From positions 1-49,839 of the forward strand of contig CAZJZC010000002.1 in the NCBI GenBank assembly GCA_964550365.1: a stretch of DNA of 49,839 bases, read 5' to 3'. This DNA is from an uncultured Gemmatimonadales bacterium. GTDB taxonomy: Bacteria > Gemmatimonadota > Gemmatimonadetes > Gemmatimonadales > JACORV01. The translations under genes and the position numbers were made by a program. This document shows positions 25,643-37,975 of this stretch, in pieces (position 1 is the first letter of the stretch; every line of letters begins with the position of its first letter). The notes under the pieces are model-generated. The model searched no databases. It was not told where the DNA came from and was given only the letters and a program-made list of their open reading frames with translations.

Positions 25643-26643
25643 CGACCGCACTGCAGGCGAAGGACTTCGCGTCCGACCAGGAGGTCCGCTGGTGCCCCGG
25701 CTGCGGCGACTACGCGATCCTCAAGGCGGTGCACAAGACGCTGGCCGACATCGGGGTCAGCCGCGAGCGGACGGTGTTCGTCTCGGGCATCGGCTGCAGC
25801 TCGCGGTTCCCGTACTACATGAACACCTACGGGTTCCACACCATCCACGGCCGGGCCCCGGCGTTCGCCACCGGCGTCAAGCTGGCCAATCCGGACCTGG
25901 ACGTGTGGGTCATCACGGGCGACGGCGACGGCCTGTCCATCGGCGGCAACCACACCCTGCACATGCTGCGCCGGAACGTGGACCTCAACGTGATCCTGTT
26001 CAACAACGAGATCTACGGGCTGACCAAGGGGCAGTACTCGCCCACGTCCCGCAAGGGCACGAAGTCGCCGTCCACGCCGCAGGGCTCGATCGACACGCCG
26101 GTCTCGGCCTGCCAGTTCGCCCTGGGCTCCGGCGCCCGGTTCGTGGCGCGCTCGATCGACACCGCCATGCCGCACCTGAGCGGCGTGCTCAAGCGGGCGC
26201 ACGAGCACCGCGGCACGTCGTTCATCGAGGTGTTCCAGAACTGCGTGGTGTTCAACGACGGCGTGTTCGACGACTTCACCGCCAAGGCCGCGGCCGCCGA
26301 CAACCAGCTGCACCTCGAGCATGGCCTGCCCCTGCTGTTCGGCAAGGACCGGCAGAAGGGGCTCCGGCTCCGTCCCGGCAGGCTCGAGCTCGAGATCGTC
26401 ACGGTCGGCGGGAACGGGATGAGCCTCGACGACGTGCTGGTGCATGACGAGCGCAACCGGGTGATGGCGCAGATGCTGGCCGGACTGCAGCCGCCGGCGT
26501 TCCCGGTGGCGGTGGGCGTCCTGTACTGCGATCCGGCCTCGAGCTACGACGACGACGTCCATGCGCAGGTGGCCGCGGCAGGCGCGCCGAAGGACGACAT
26601 CGGCGCGCTGCTGCGTCAGGGGCGCACCTGGACGGTCGACTGA
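25639..26643 (+). CDS. korB: 2-oxoacid:ferredoxin/acceptor oxidoreductase subunit beta (TPP-binding)
   Basis: The ATG at 25639 overlaps the korA TGA. The sequence reads [31 protein letters not shown]...[11 protein letters not shown]...[14 protein letters not shown]...[11 protein letters not shown]. Confidence 0.9.
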   Translation: [334 protein letters not shown]

Positions 26644-26753
26644 GCGGGGAACGGACCGTCCGAGCCGCCGGCCCCCGACGCCGGCTGCGCCTCGCCGGCG
26701 CCGCTTCCGCGGCGCCGGACGTCGTTCTGGGGCTGGCCTGCCTCGCGGCGCTG

Positions 26754-27260
26754 GTGAACGGGCCGGCGTTCGACGGGGCGGTCGTGAACGGCCTGGTGCG
26801 CGCCGTGATCATGGAGTTCGCCGTCATCCACGCCTCGGGCTTCCTGGCCTGGCCGTGGGTGGCGCGATGGGATCGCCGCCGGCGCGCCATGTTCGTGCCG
26901 GCCCTCGCGGCGGCCTACACGGTCCCGCTCGCGATCTGGGCCCTGCTGGCGGGGAGCGCCTGGCCGCTGGCGGTCTTCTGGGGCCTCATGGCCAACCGCA
27001 TGCTGACCGTGGTGCTCGGCGACCTGCCGGACGATGCGGCGATGACGGCCTGGGGCCACGCCTGGGCGGGGACCACGACGCTCTACGTGGCGGCGGTCCT
27101 GCTGGCCCTGACCGGCGGCGCGCCGTCCGAGGGCCGGGTGCTGTTCATCGGCTTCGCCTACTGGACGGCGGTCGGCCTGTCCGGGCTGACCGACTGGCGG
27201 TGGGTGTACCGGTGGATGGCGTGGTCGCGCGCGCGCGGGCGGAACCGCCCGCGACGGTAG
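26754..27260 (+). CDS. Hypothetical Trp-rich integral membrane protein
   Basis: 168-aa ORF (GTG start) with 4-5 hydrophobic segments (AVIMEFAVIHASGFLAWPW, VPALAAAYTVPLAIWALLAG, WPLAVFWGLMA...). Both overlapping alternative frames are Arg/Pro-rich junk. The frame stays open upstream, so the real start could be earlier. Confidence 0.55.
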   Translation: MNGPAFDGAVVNGLVRAVIMEFAVIHASGFLAWPWVARWDRRRRAMFVPALAAAYTVPLAIWALLAGSAWPLAVFWGLMANRMLTVVLGDLPDDAAMTAWGHAWAGTTTLYVAAVLLALTGGAPSEGRVLFIGFAYWTAVGLSGLTDWRWVYRWMAWSRARGRNRPRR

Positions 27261-27280
27261 CGCGGCCGGCACGCCGGCGG

Positions 27281-28573
<1,293 letters not shown>

Positions 28574-28591
28574 TCGGGTGCTCCCGGCGGA

Positions 28592-30169
<1,578 letters not shown>

Positions 30170-30193
30170 GGGAGGACCGGCACGGGCCGCGGC

Positions 30194-30679
30194 TCAGGAA
30201 TAGCTCATCGCCCCCAGGCCGGCCTGCTTCCTCAGCAGCCCCATCTGCCCGATGTGATAGGTGTCGTGCTGCAGCAGGAAGGCGATGGCGCCGAGCGTGC
30301 TCGGATCGTCCACCGGCAGTTTCATCGACGCGGCCCGTTCCAGGTCGCCCGCCGTCAGGACCCTGAAACGCTCACGGATCTCGCCGGTCACGCTCTTCCA
30401 GGCGGCGCGGATGTCGTCCAGCGCCGGCAGCTGCTTCACGTCGTCGATCGACCTGCGGCCCTCGGTGATCGCCGCGAACGGGCTGGTCAGGGTCAGCCCG
30501 ATCATCGCGGCGAACCGGTACCTCGAGTCCACCAGGTGCAGCGCGATGAACCCGGCGCTGTTGGTGGCGTCGCTGGGCCGCCAGCGGGCCTGGTCCTCGT
30601 CCATGCCGTCGAGGCAGTTCAGGAACAGCCGCGAATTGATCTTGAAGATCTCGTAGAGCGGCGACAGGCTGGGTTGCAC
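30194..30679 (-). CDS. DinB-family (four-helix bundle, metal-binding) protein
   Basis: GTG start with GGAGG 5 nt upstream. NSRLFLNCLDGMDEDQARWRP, IALHLVDSRY and LLQHDTYHIGQ provide the His triad pattern of the DinB/YfiT-like family. The gene lies 24 nt upstream of aceB on the same strand. Confidence 0.75.
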   Translation of the reverse strand: MQPSLSPLYEIFKINSRLFLNCLDGMDEDQARWRPSDATNSAGFIALHLVDSRYRFAAMIGLTLTSPFAAITEGRRSIDDVKQLPALDDIRAAWKSVTGEIRERFRVLTAGDLERAASMKLPVDDPSTLGAIAFLLQHDTYHIGQMGLLRKQAGLGAMSYS

Positions 30680-30867
30680 TCGGCCTCCGTTGGTTGGTTC
30701 GCCTGGATGTAGATTGACGCGTCCCCGAGCAGGAGTCGTCCCGATGACGCTGGCCGTCGGCCGGTCCGGGTGGACCGGGCGCGTGACCCCCTCCGATGAT
30801 AACCCACCGGGGCCTCCGGCGCAGACGGGCGGCCGCGGGAGGGCCCGGCGCCGGCAGGTCAGGACCG

Positions 30868-31542
30868 GTGGCTGAGACGCCGGTGCGCGAGCACCACATC
30901 CAGGTCCGGCGGACGGCGCGCTACGCCACGCTGGGCGAGAGCGGCCCCTCGCTGCGGCAGGTCTGGTTCGTGCTGCACGGTTTCGGCCAACTGGCCCCCT
31001 ACTTCATCCGGCACTTCCGCGCGCTCGATGACGGCTCGCGGCTCATCGTCGCTCCCGAGGCGCTGAACCGCTTCTACATCGAGCAGCCCGGCCGGCCGGG
31101 CGCCGCGCAGGCGCGGGTCGGCGCCACGTGGATGACCCGCGAGGAGCGTCTGACCGAGATCCACGACTACGTGGCGTACCTCGACGCGCTCTACACACGG
31201 GTGTTCGAGGCGGGCGGCCGCGACCGCGTGCGGGTCACGGTGCTCGGATTCTCGCAGGGCGTGGCCACCGCGGCGCGATGGCTGACGCAGGGCAGTGCGC
31301 GCGCCGAGACCCTGGTGCTGTGGGCCGGCGGCCTGCCGCCGGAACTGACGCGGGAGACGGTGGCCCCGCTGGCGGGGCTCCGGCTGGTCCGGGTCCTCGG
31401 GGATCGCGACGAGATGGCGACGGCGGACGCGGTGGCCGAGGAGGAGGCGCGCACGCGGGCGCTCGGTCTGGACGCCGAACTCATCCGCTTCCCCGGCGGC
31501 CATGAGCTGGACCCGGGCGTGCTCGCCGCGCTGGCGCGCTAG
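30868..31542 (+). CDS. Alpha/beta hydrolase (phospholipase/carboxylesterase-like)
   Basis: WFVLHGFGQ, the nucleophile elbow GFSQG, and a C-terminal GGHEL. The start was chosen at GTG 30868, with GTG 30883 as an alternative. The upstream part of ORF 30796.. is Arg/Gly-rich. Confidence 0.7.
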   Translation: MAETPVREHHIQVRRTARYATLGESGPSLRQVWFVLHGFGQLAPYFIRHFRALDDGSRLIVAPEALNRFYIEQPGRPGAAQARVGATWMTREERLTEIHDYVAYLDALYTRVFEAGGRDRVRVTVLGFSQGVATAARWLTQGSARAETLVLWAGGLPPELTRETVAPLAGLRLVRVLGDRDEMATADAVAEEEARTRALGLDAELIRFPGGHELDPGVLAALAR

Positions 31543-31585
31543 CCGCGTGGCAGCGGCCCGGCGCCCCGGTTAGCCTTCGGCCAGG

Positions 31586-32830
31586 ATGCCGGTCGCTCCG
31601 TTCCACCGATGGTCCACGGTCTTCAGCGCGGCGGCGCTCGTCGCGGGCGCCGCTGCGCCGCGTCTGGCCGCGCAGGTCTCGGCGGGCGCGCATGCCGTCG
31701 CGCTCCTGACGCGCGCCGACCCGGTCCCGGGCGGCGCGGCGCTCACCGAGGGGCGCCTGGTGCAGACGACCCTTCACGGCGCGGCCTCGCTGCTCGACGG
31801 CCGCCTGCGTCTCAACGCCATGCTGAACCTCGAGGGCCTCACCATGCCGGGCGGCGTGCTCAGCGCCGGCGGCTGGGGCGAGGGGTTCGTGGACCGGCGG
31901 CATCCCCATACCTACGTGCACGAGCTGATGGTCTCGGCCGTCGACGTGGTGCGCCTGCCGCGCCTGCGCTGGTCGGTGAGCGCCGGCAGGGGGTTCGCGC
32001 CGTACGGGACCGACGACCCGATGTCGCGGCCCGCCGTGGGCTTCCCCGTCAACCACCACTGGAGCCAGGTCCTCGAGCGCGCCGTCGTCATCGGCGCGGT
32101 GCGCGTCGGGCCGGTCACGCTGGAGGGCGGCCTGTTCAACGGCGATGAGCCGGAACATCCGTCGCAATGGCCGTCCTGGAAGCGGTTCGGCGATTCGTGG
32201 TCGGCCCGGGTGCTGCTGGCGCCCGCGCCGGGCATCGAGGCCCAGGTCTCCCGCGCCCGAATCGCGTCGCCCGAGCACCGCCTCGGCGCCGGACTCGAGC
32301 ACCGGCTGTGGAGCGCGTCCGTGCGGGCCGACCGCGCCACCGGCGCCGGCCGCCTCACCATGCTCGCGGAATGGGCGGACGCCGACGAAGAGGGCGCCTT
32401 CCGCTTCGAGACGGTGCTGGTGGAGGCGCAGCTGGCGGCGCGGCCGGGACGGGCCTGGGCCCGGATCGAACGCACCACCCGGCCGGAGGAGACGCGGCTC
32501 TTCGGCGAGCCGTTCCGCTCGCTCCGCCCGCACCACGAGAACTCGAACCTGGGCATCACGCGCTGGAACGTGGTCAGCGGCGGCGTGGCCCGGCCGGCGG
32601 GGCCGGCCGCGTGGCCGGTGCGGTTCGAGGTGCTGGCGGAGGCCTCGCGCGCCACCGTGACGCGGATCACCGGGATCTTCGACCCGGTCATGTTCTACGG
32701 ACGGAACGATCTGTGGACCGTGAGCGTAGGAGTACGCATCGGCGCGGGCGCGCCGGCGCATCGCATGGGACGCTACGGGCTGGTCGCCGAAGCGCCGGGC
32801 GAGCCCACCGATCACGACGGACACCCCTGA
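31586..32830 (+). CDS. Hypothetical secreted protein, possible outer-membrane beta-barrel
   Basis: Signal STVFSAAALVAGAAAPRLAAQ, then alternating-pattern beta-rich sequence. I recognise no domain. The stop overlaps the start of the next gene (TGATG). Confidence 0.65.
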   Translation: MPVAPFHRWSTVFSAAALVAGAAAPRLAAQVSAGAHAVALLTRADPVPGGAALTEGRLVQTTLHGAASLLDGRLRLNAMLNLEGLTMPGGVLSAGGWGEGFVDRRHPHTYVHELMVSAVDVVRLPRLRWSVSAGRGFAPYGTDDPMSRPAVGFPVNHHWSQVLERAVVIGAVRVGPVTLEGGLFNGDEPEHPSQWPSWKRFGDSWSARVLLAPAPGIEAQVSRARIASPEHRLGAGLEHRLWSASVRADRATGAGRLTMLAEWADADEEGAFRFETVLVEAQLAARPGRAWARIERTTRPEETRLFGEPFRSLRPHHENSNLGITRWNVVSGGVARPAGPAAWPVRFEVLAEASRATVTRITGIFDPVMFYGRNDLWTVSVGVRIGAGAPAHRMGRYGLVAEAPGEPTDHDGHP

Positions 32831-34023
32831 TGCGATTCCCCCGTTCCCTGCCCGCGGTGCTGCCGCTCGCCCTCGCCGCGTGCGGCGGCGGCGACGGCGG
32901 CCTGGCGCCCGGCGACACGACGCTCGTGACCGTCGCCAGCATCGCCGTGCCGGCCAACTACGGCGTGCACGACCAGTTCGTCCGCGACGGCATCGCCTTC
33001 GTGAGCGCCTGGAACACCGGCCTGCGCATCTACGACGTGGGCGGGGGCGCGCGCGGCGGCAGCCCGGCGAACCCGGTCCTGATGGGCGAACTCGTCACCC
33101 GCTCGAACGGCGTCGCGCGCGGCGCGGCGGCGCACAATGCCTGGTGGTATCACGCACCGGGCGGGCAGAAACGGTACGTGTTCGTCGGCCAGGAGGGGCC
33201 GGGATCCATCGGCAGTTCGTCGTCGGGAGACATCCACGTCGTGGACGTGAGCGACTTCGCCAACCCGGTCGAGGTCGCGTGGTACCACATGAGCGGCCTG
33301 GGCGCGCCGGTCGACTCGGCGGGTGCGCACAATTTCTGGGTCGACGAGCCCAACCAGGTCCTGTACGCGGCCTTCTACAACGGCGGCGTGGTGGCGCTCG
33401 ACATCTCGGGCACGCTGACCGGCAGTCTCGCCGCGCGGGAACTGGCGCGTGTCCAGCCCGGCGGCGCCGGCAACACCTACGTGTGGGGCGTCCAGCTGTA
33501 CAACGGCTCGCTGTACGCGGCGGATCTCGTGAACGGCCTGTGGCAGCTGCGGCTCAACGGCGGGACCTTCCAGGTGCTGAGCGGCGGGAACAACGTGCTC
33601 GAGCGGTTCAGCTCGGACCTGTGGGTGGCGAACGGCTACGCCTACACCGGCACCTGGGGCGGCTTCCCGCGCAACGGGATCCCGGGCGACGTGCTGAAGG
33701 TGTGGCAGCTGGGGACGGCGGGGGCGATCATGCCCGTGGATTCGGTGAGGATCCCGGACATCCAGACGGTCAGCGACGTGGAGGTGTCGTCCGACGGGCG
33801 GCTGCTGATGCTCACGGCCGAGGGTGGGTCGGGGGCGGGCGCCCACTTCTACGATCTCACGATCAGCCGCACCTCCCCGCCCGAGATCACGTCGCACCTG
33901 GCCGCCGCCGGGTACCACACCGGCACGTTCGCCGAGATCGGCGGGCGTCGCTACGCGTTCCTGGCGCGCAACCCGCCGAACCCGGCCGTCGTGGTGCTCG
34001 ACGTGACCGGCATCAGTCCCTAG
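32830..34023 (+). CDS. LVIVD-repeat beta-propeller lipoprotein (paralog 1)
   Basis: MRFPRSLPAVLPLALAAC (lipobox). LVIVD-like strands include GLRIYDVGGG, DIHVVDVSDFANPVEV, GGVVALDISG and AVVVLDVTG. ATG 32830 lies inside ORF 32167..34023. Confidence 0.8.
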   Translation: MRFPRSLPAVLPLALAACGGGDGGLAPGDTTLVTVASIAVPANYGVHDQFVRDGIAFVSAWNTGLRIYDVGGGARGGSPANPVLMGELVTRSNGVARGAAAHNAWWYHAPGGQKRYVFVGQEGPGSIGSSSSGDIHVVDVSDFANPVEVAWYHMSGLGAPVDSAGAHNFWVDEPNQVLYAAFYNGGVVALDISGTLTGSLAARELARVQPGGAGNTYVWGVQLYNGSLYAADLVNGLWQLRLNGGTFQVLSGGNNVLERFSSDLWVANGYAYTGTWGGFPRNGIPGDVLKVWQLGTAGAIMPVDSVRIPDIQTVSDVEVSSDGRLLMLTAEGGSGAGAHFYDLTISRTSPPEITSHLAAAGYHTGTFAEIGGRRYAFLARNPPNPAVVVLDVTGISP

Positions 34024-34077
34024 GTTTACCGCTCGACCCCCACACCGACCCCGACCCCCTCACCGCACGGAATCGCG

Positions 34078-35853
34078 ATGACCCTCGCGCGACGCGCCTC
34101 GGCGCTGATGCTGCTCCTGCTTGCCGCCTGCGGCGGCACCGAGCCCACGGGGCTGCCGCCCGGGAGCACCGCGGCGGCGCTGTCGGGCGGCGCTCAGGCG
34201 ACCGTCGTCGGCGCCGCCGCGCCCGCGCCCCTGGTGGTGCGCGTCACCGACGGCGCCGGCGCGCCGCTGGCGGGGATCATGGTCTCCTTCAGCGTGCCGG
34301 CGGGAGGGGGCAGCGTCAGTCCGGCCGCGCCGCTCACGGACGCCACCGGGAACGCCTCGACCACCTACACCGCGGGCACCGCCGCCGGGGTCCACACCGT
34401 GACCGCGGCCGTCGCGGGCCTGCCGCCGGTCACGTTCACCGTCACCGCGGCGCCGGGCGCGGCGAAGCGGCTGGTGAAGGGACCGGGCGACGGGCAGAGC
34501 GGCACCGTCTCGCTGCCGCTGCCGGTGCCGTTCCGCGTCACGGTGGTGGACACCTTCGGCAACGCCGTGGCCGGCACCAGCGTGTCCTGGAGCGTCACGG
34601 GCGGCTCGGGCACCGTGAACCCGACCTCCGGCGTGTCGGACTCGTCGGGCGCCGTGAGCACGGTGCTGACGCCGGGGGCCGCGGGCGCGATCACCGTCCA
34701 GGCCGCCGCGCCCGGCCTGCAGGACTCGCCGGCCGTGTTCGGCGCCACCGGCGCCATCGGCATCGTGCTGACGAAGGAACTCGGCGTGCCGGCCAACTAC
34801 GGCCTTCACGACACCTTCGTGCGCGACGGCATCGCCTTCCTGTGCGTCTGGAACACCGGGCTGATGATCTACGACGTGGGCGGCGGCGGGCGGGGCGGCA
34901 GCCCGTCCAATCCGGTCCTCATCGGCTCGCTGGTCACGGCGGGCAACGGGGTCTCGGGCGGCGCCCAGGTCCACAACGCCTGGTGGTACCACGCGCCGAA
35001 CGGCCAGAAGCGCTACCTGTTCATCGGGCAGGAAGGTCCCGGGTCGGTCGGGAGCTCCTCGTCGGGCGACATCCACGTGGTCGACGTCAGCAACATGGCG
35101 GCGCCCGTCGAGGTGGCCTTCTTCCACCTCAGCGGCCTGGGGGCCCCGCGCGACTCGGCCGGGGTGCACAACTTCTGGGTGGACGAGACCAACGAGATCC
35201 TCTACGCCGCCTACTACAACGGCGGCGTGGTGGCGATCAACGTGGCCGGGACGCTGAGCGGCAACCTGGCCGCCCGCGAGATCGCGCGGGTCCGGCCGGG
35301 CGGCGTGTCCGGCACCTACACGTGGGGCGTCCAGCTCGAGGGCGGCTCGCTCTACGCCAATGACATGGTCAGCGGCTTCTGGCAGCTGCGGCTGGTCGGC
35401 GGGGCCTTCCAGGTCCTGGCCGGAGGCGCCAACGTGCCGGAGCGCTTCGGCAGCGACCTGTGGGTGGCGGGCGGGTACGCCTACACCGGCACGTGGGGCA
35501 CCCGCGCGGCGCAGGGCAATGCGCTGAAGGTGTGGCAACTGAACGCGGGCGGCGCGCCGGCACTGGTGGACTCGATCGTCACCAGCGGCATCGGCACGGT
35601 GAGCGACGTCGAGGTCTCGTCCGACGGCAGGCTGCTGATGTTCAGCGCCGAGAACGGGCCCGGGGCCGGCGTGTACTTCTACGACCTCACCGCCAGCCGT
35701 TCACGGCCGGCGTTCATCGGCCGCTACCTGGTCACCGGCGGGGTCCACACGGCCAGCTTCGCGCAGATCGGCGGCCGGCGCTACGTGTTCGCGGCGAAGA
35801 ACCCCGGCAACCCGGCCCTCCTGATCCTGGACGTGACGAGCCTCGGTCCGTGA
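34078..35853 (+). CDS. LVIVD-repeat beta-propeller lipoprotein with two N-terminal Ig-like (Big-type) domains (paralog 2)
   Basis: Lipobox LLLLAAC. Two units of about 90 aa (PLVVRVTDGAGAPLAGIMVSFSV...TDATGNASTTYTAG... and PFRVTVVDTFGNAVAGTSVSWSV...SDSSGAVSTVLTPG...). The following roughly 370 aa align closely with 32830..34023. Confidence 0.82.
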   Translation: MTLARRASALMLLLLAACGGTEPTGLPPGSTAAALSGGAQATVVGAAAPAPLVVRVTDGAGAPLAGIMVSFSVPAGGGSVSPAAPLTDATGNASTTYTAGTAAGVHTVTAAVAGLPPVTFTVTAAPGAAKRLVKGPGDGQSGTVSLPLPVPFRVTVVDTFGNAVAGTSVSWSVTGGSGTVNPTSGVSDSSGAVSTVLTPGAAGAITVQAAAPGLQDSPAVFGATGAIGIVLTKELGVPANYGLHDTFVRDGIAFLCVWNTGLMIYDVGGGGRGGSPSNPVLIGSLVTAGNGVSGGAQVHNAWWYHAPNGQKRYLFIGQEGPGSVGSSSSGDIHVVDVSNMAAPVEVAFFHLSGLGAPRDSAGVHNFWVDETNEILYAAYYNGGVVAINVAGTLSGNLAAREIARVRPGGVSGTYTWGVQLEGGSLYANDMVSGFWQLRLVGGAFQVLAGGANVPERFGSDLWVAGGYAYTGTWGTRAAQGNALKVWQLNAGGAPALVDSIVTSGIGTVSDVEVSSDGRLLMFSAENGPGAGVYFYDLTASRSRPAFIGRYLVTGGVHTASFAQIGGRRYVFAAKNPGNPALLILDVTSLGP

Positions 35854-35870
35854 GCTAGCTTCTCGGGCAC

Positions 35871-37319
35871 ATGACCCAGACCCGGTTCGGCCCCATGCGC
35901 ATCGCGACGGCGTTCGCGGTGGCGTTCCTGTGCGCGCTCGCCGTGTTCTCGCTGCCGCGCATCGCCTATAACTCCGTCGCCCCGGCCTTCGCCCAGCAGC
36001 CCGCGGCCACGCCGGCCGATCCGGCCGGTCCGCCGCCGGCCGCCGCGCCGGCCACGGCCGCCGCTGCACCCGCGGCGCCCCAGGCCCGGCCGGTCCCGCT
36101 GCCCCAGCGCCTGGTGGGCCTGCTCGGCATCGTGGTGCTGATCGCCGCCGGCTGGGCGCTGTCGCGCAACCGCAGGGCGGTCGACTGGCGCGTCATCGGC
36201 ATGGGGCTCGCCCTCCAGGTGGTCTTCGCGATCTTCGTCCTGCGGGTGCCCGCCGGCCAGCGGCTGTTCCGGAAGCTGGGCGACATCGTCACCACGGTGC
36301 TGAGCTATTCGTACGCCGGCTCCTCCTTCGTCTTCGGCGAGCTCGGGAAGCAGCACTCGAGCGTCGGCGTGATCTTCGCGTTCCAGATCCTGCCGGCCAT
36401 CATCTTCGTCTCGGCCCTGTTCGCGATCATGTACTACCTCGGCATCATGCAGCTGGTGGTGAAGGGCATGGCCGTGGTGATGAACAAGCTGATGCGCGCC
36501 AGCGGCGCCGAGAGCACCAACGTGGCGGCGTCCATCTTCATGGGGCAGACCGAGGCGCCGCTCACCATCCGGCCGTTCCTGCCGAAGCTGACGCGCTCGG
36601 AACTCATGACCGTGATGACCGCCGGCATGGCGCACGTGTCGGGCTCCATCATGGCGGCCTACATCGCCTTCGGCGTGGAGGCCCGGCACCTGCTGACGGC
36701 CGTCATCATGACGGCGCCGGGCACCATCATGATGGCCAAGCTGCTCGAGCCGGAGGACGGCGAGCCCGAGACGCGCGGCAACGTCGACATCGTGATCCCG
36801 AAGACCGATGTGAACGTGGTGGACGCGGCCTCGCGCGGCACCGGCGAGGGCCTGCACCTGATGCTGAACGTGATCGCGATGCTGGTCTCGTTCATCGCGC
36901 TGATCGCCTTCGCCAACGGCGTGCTGGGCTGGGTGCATGGCCACGTGGCGTTCGTGCCGCGGGACCTCCAGACCATCCTGGGCTGGGTGGGCAAGCCCAT
37001 CGCCTGGGTCATCGGCGTGCCGTGGCAGGACACCACCGCCATCGGCTTCCTGATCGGCGAGCGCGCCGTGCTCAACGAGTTCATCGCCTTCGCCGACCTC
37101 GGCGCCATGAAGGCCACGCTCGACCCGCGCTCGTTCGTGATCGCGTCGTTCGCGCTCGCGGGCTTCGCCAACGTCAGCTCGGTCGGCATCCAGATCGGCG
37201 GCATCGGCGCGCTGGCGCCCGAGCGCAAGCACGACCTGGCGCGGCTCGGATTCCGGGCCATGCTGGCCGGCACCATGGCCAACCTCATGTCGGCCACCAT
37301 CGCGGGGCTGCTGCTGTGA
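35871..37319 (+). CDS. NupC/CNT-family nucleoside transporter with N-terminal TM plus Pro/Ala-rich extension
   Basis: The core GLLGIVVLIAAGWALSRNRRAVDWRVIGMGLALQVVFAIFVL... is typical of CNT transporters. About 80 aa precede it (a signal/TM then a PA-rich linker). An alternative GTG start lies at 36114. Confidence 0.85.
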   Translation: MTQTRFGPMRIATAFAVAFLCALAVFSLPRIAYNSVAPAFAQQPAATPADPAGPPPAAAPATAAAAPAAPQARPVPLPQRLVGLLGIVVLIAAGWALSRNRRAVDWRVIGMGLALQVVFAIFVLRVPAGQRLFRKLGDIVTTVLSYSYAGSSFVFGELGKQHSSVGVIFAFQILPAIIFVSALFAIMYYLGIMQLVVKGMAVVMNKLMRASGAESTNVAASIFMGQTEAPLTIRPFLPKLTRSELMTVMTAGMAHVSGSIMAAYIAFGVEARHLLTAVIMTAPGTIMMAKLLEPEDGEPETRGNVDIVIPKTDVNVVDAASRGTGEGLHLMLNVIAMLVSFIALIAFANGVLGWVHGHVAFVPRDLQTILGWVGKPIAWVIGVPWQDTTAIGFLIGERAVLNEFIAFADLGAMKATLDPRSFVIASFALAGFANVSSVGIQIGGIGALAPERKHDLARLGFRAMLAGTMANLMSATIAGLLL

Positions 37320-37368
37320 CGCGCCCCGCCGGGTGCGCGGCCGGCTCGTTCCCGCCCGCGGAGCGTCC

Positions 37369-37956
37369 ATGATCGCCCTGCTCGCCGGCCTGCTCGCGGC
37401 CGCCTCCGCGCCGTCCGATACCGCCTGCATCTGGAACCGCTCGCTGGAGCCGGGGCCGGAGGTCATCAGCATCAGCGACGACCGGCGGCGCAGCCCGCGC
37501 GACTCGGTCTCGTTCCGGGCCGGCGGCGCGGCGGTGAAGGTGTGCTACAGCCGCCCGTCGGCGCGGGGGCGCACCATGATCGGCGGCACGGCCGTGCCGT
37601 ACGGCCGGCTGTGGCGCACCGGTGCCAACGAGGCCACCATGATCCACACCACCGGCCACCTGGTCATCGCCGGCGTGCACCTCGACGCCGGCACCTACGC
37701 CCTGTACACGGTGCCCGGCGAGCGCGAGTGGGAGATCGTCATCAACCGCTCGTACATGCAGTGGGGCCACGAATCGCTCTACAGCGACAGCGTCCGGGCG
37801 CAGGAGGCCGGACGCGGGCGGGCGCCGGCCGGCCCGACCAGGGCGCCGGTGGAACGCTTCACCATCCGCGCCGAACCGGTCGCCGGCGGCGACGCGGACC
37901 TGATCCTGGAATGGGAGACCACCCGGGTCGCGATCCCGGTGCGCCGGATGCGCTGA
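37369..37956 (+). CDS. DUF2911 domain-containing secreted protein
   Basis: From ATG 37369: signal MIALLAGLLAAASA, then VKVCYSRPSARGRTMIGGTAVPYGRLWRTGANEATMI...AGTYALYTVPGEREWEIVINRS, characteristic of DUF2911. Confidence 0.78.
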   Translation: MIALLAGLLAAASAPSDTACIWNRSLEPGPEVISISDDRRRSPRDSVSFRAGGAAVKVCYSRPSARGRTMIGGTAVPYGRLWRTGANEATMIHTTGHLVIAGVHLDAGTYALYTVPGEREWEIVINRSYMQWGHESLYSDSVRAQEAGRGRAPAGPTRAPVERFTIRAEPVAGGDADLILEWETTRVAIPVRRMR

Positions 37957-37975
37957 CCGGCGGAGCGCGTGAAGG

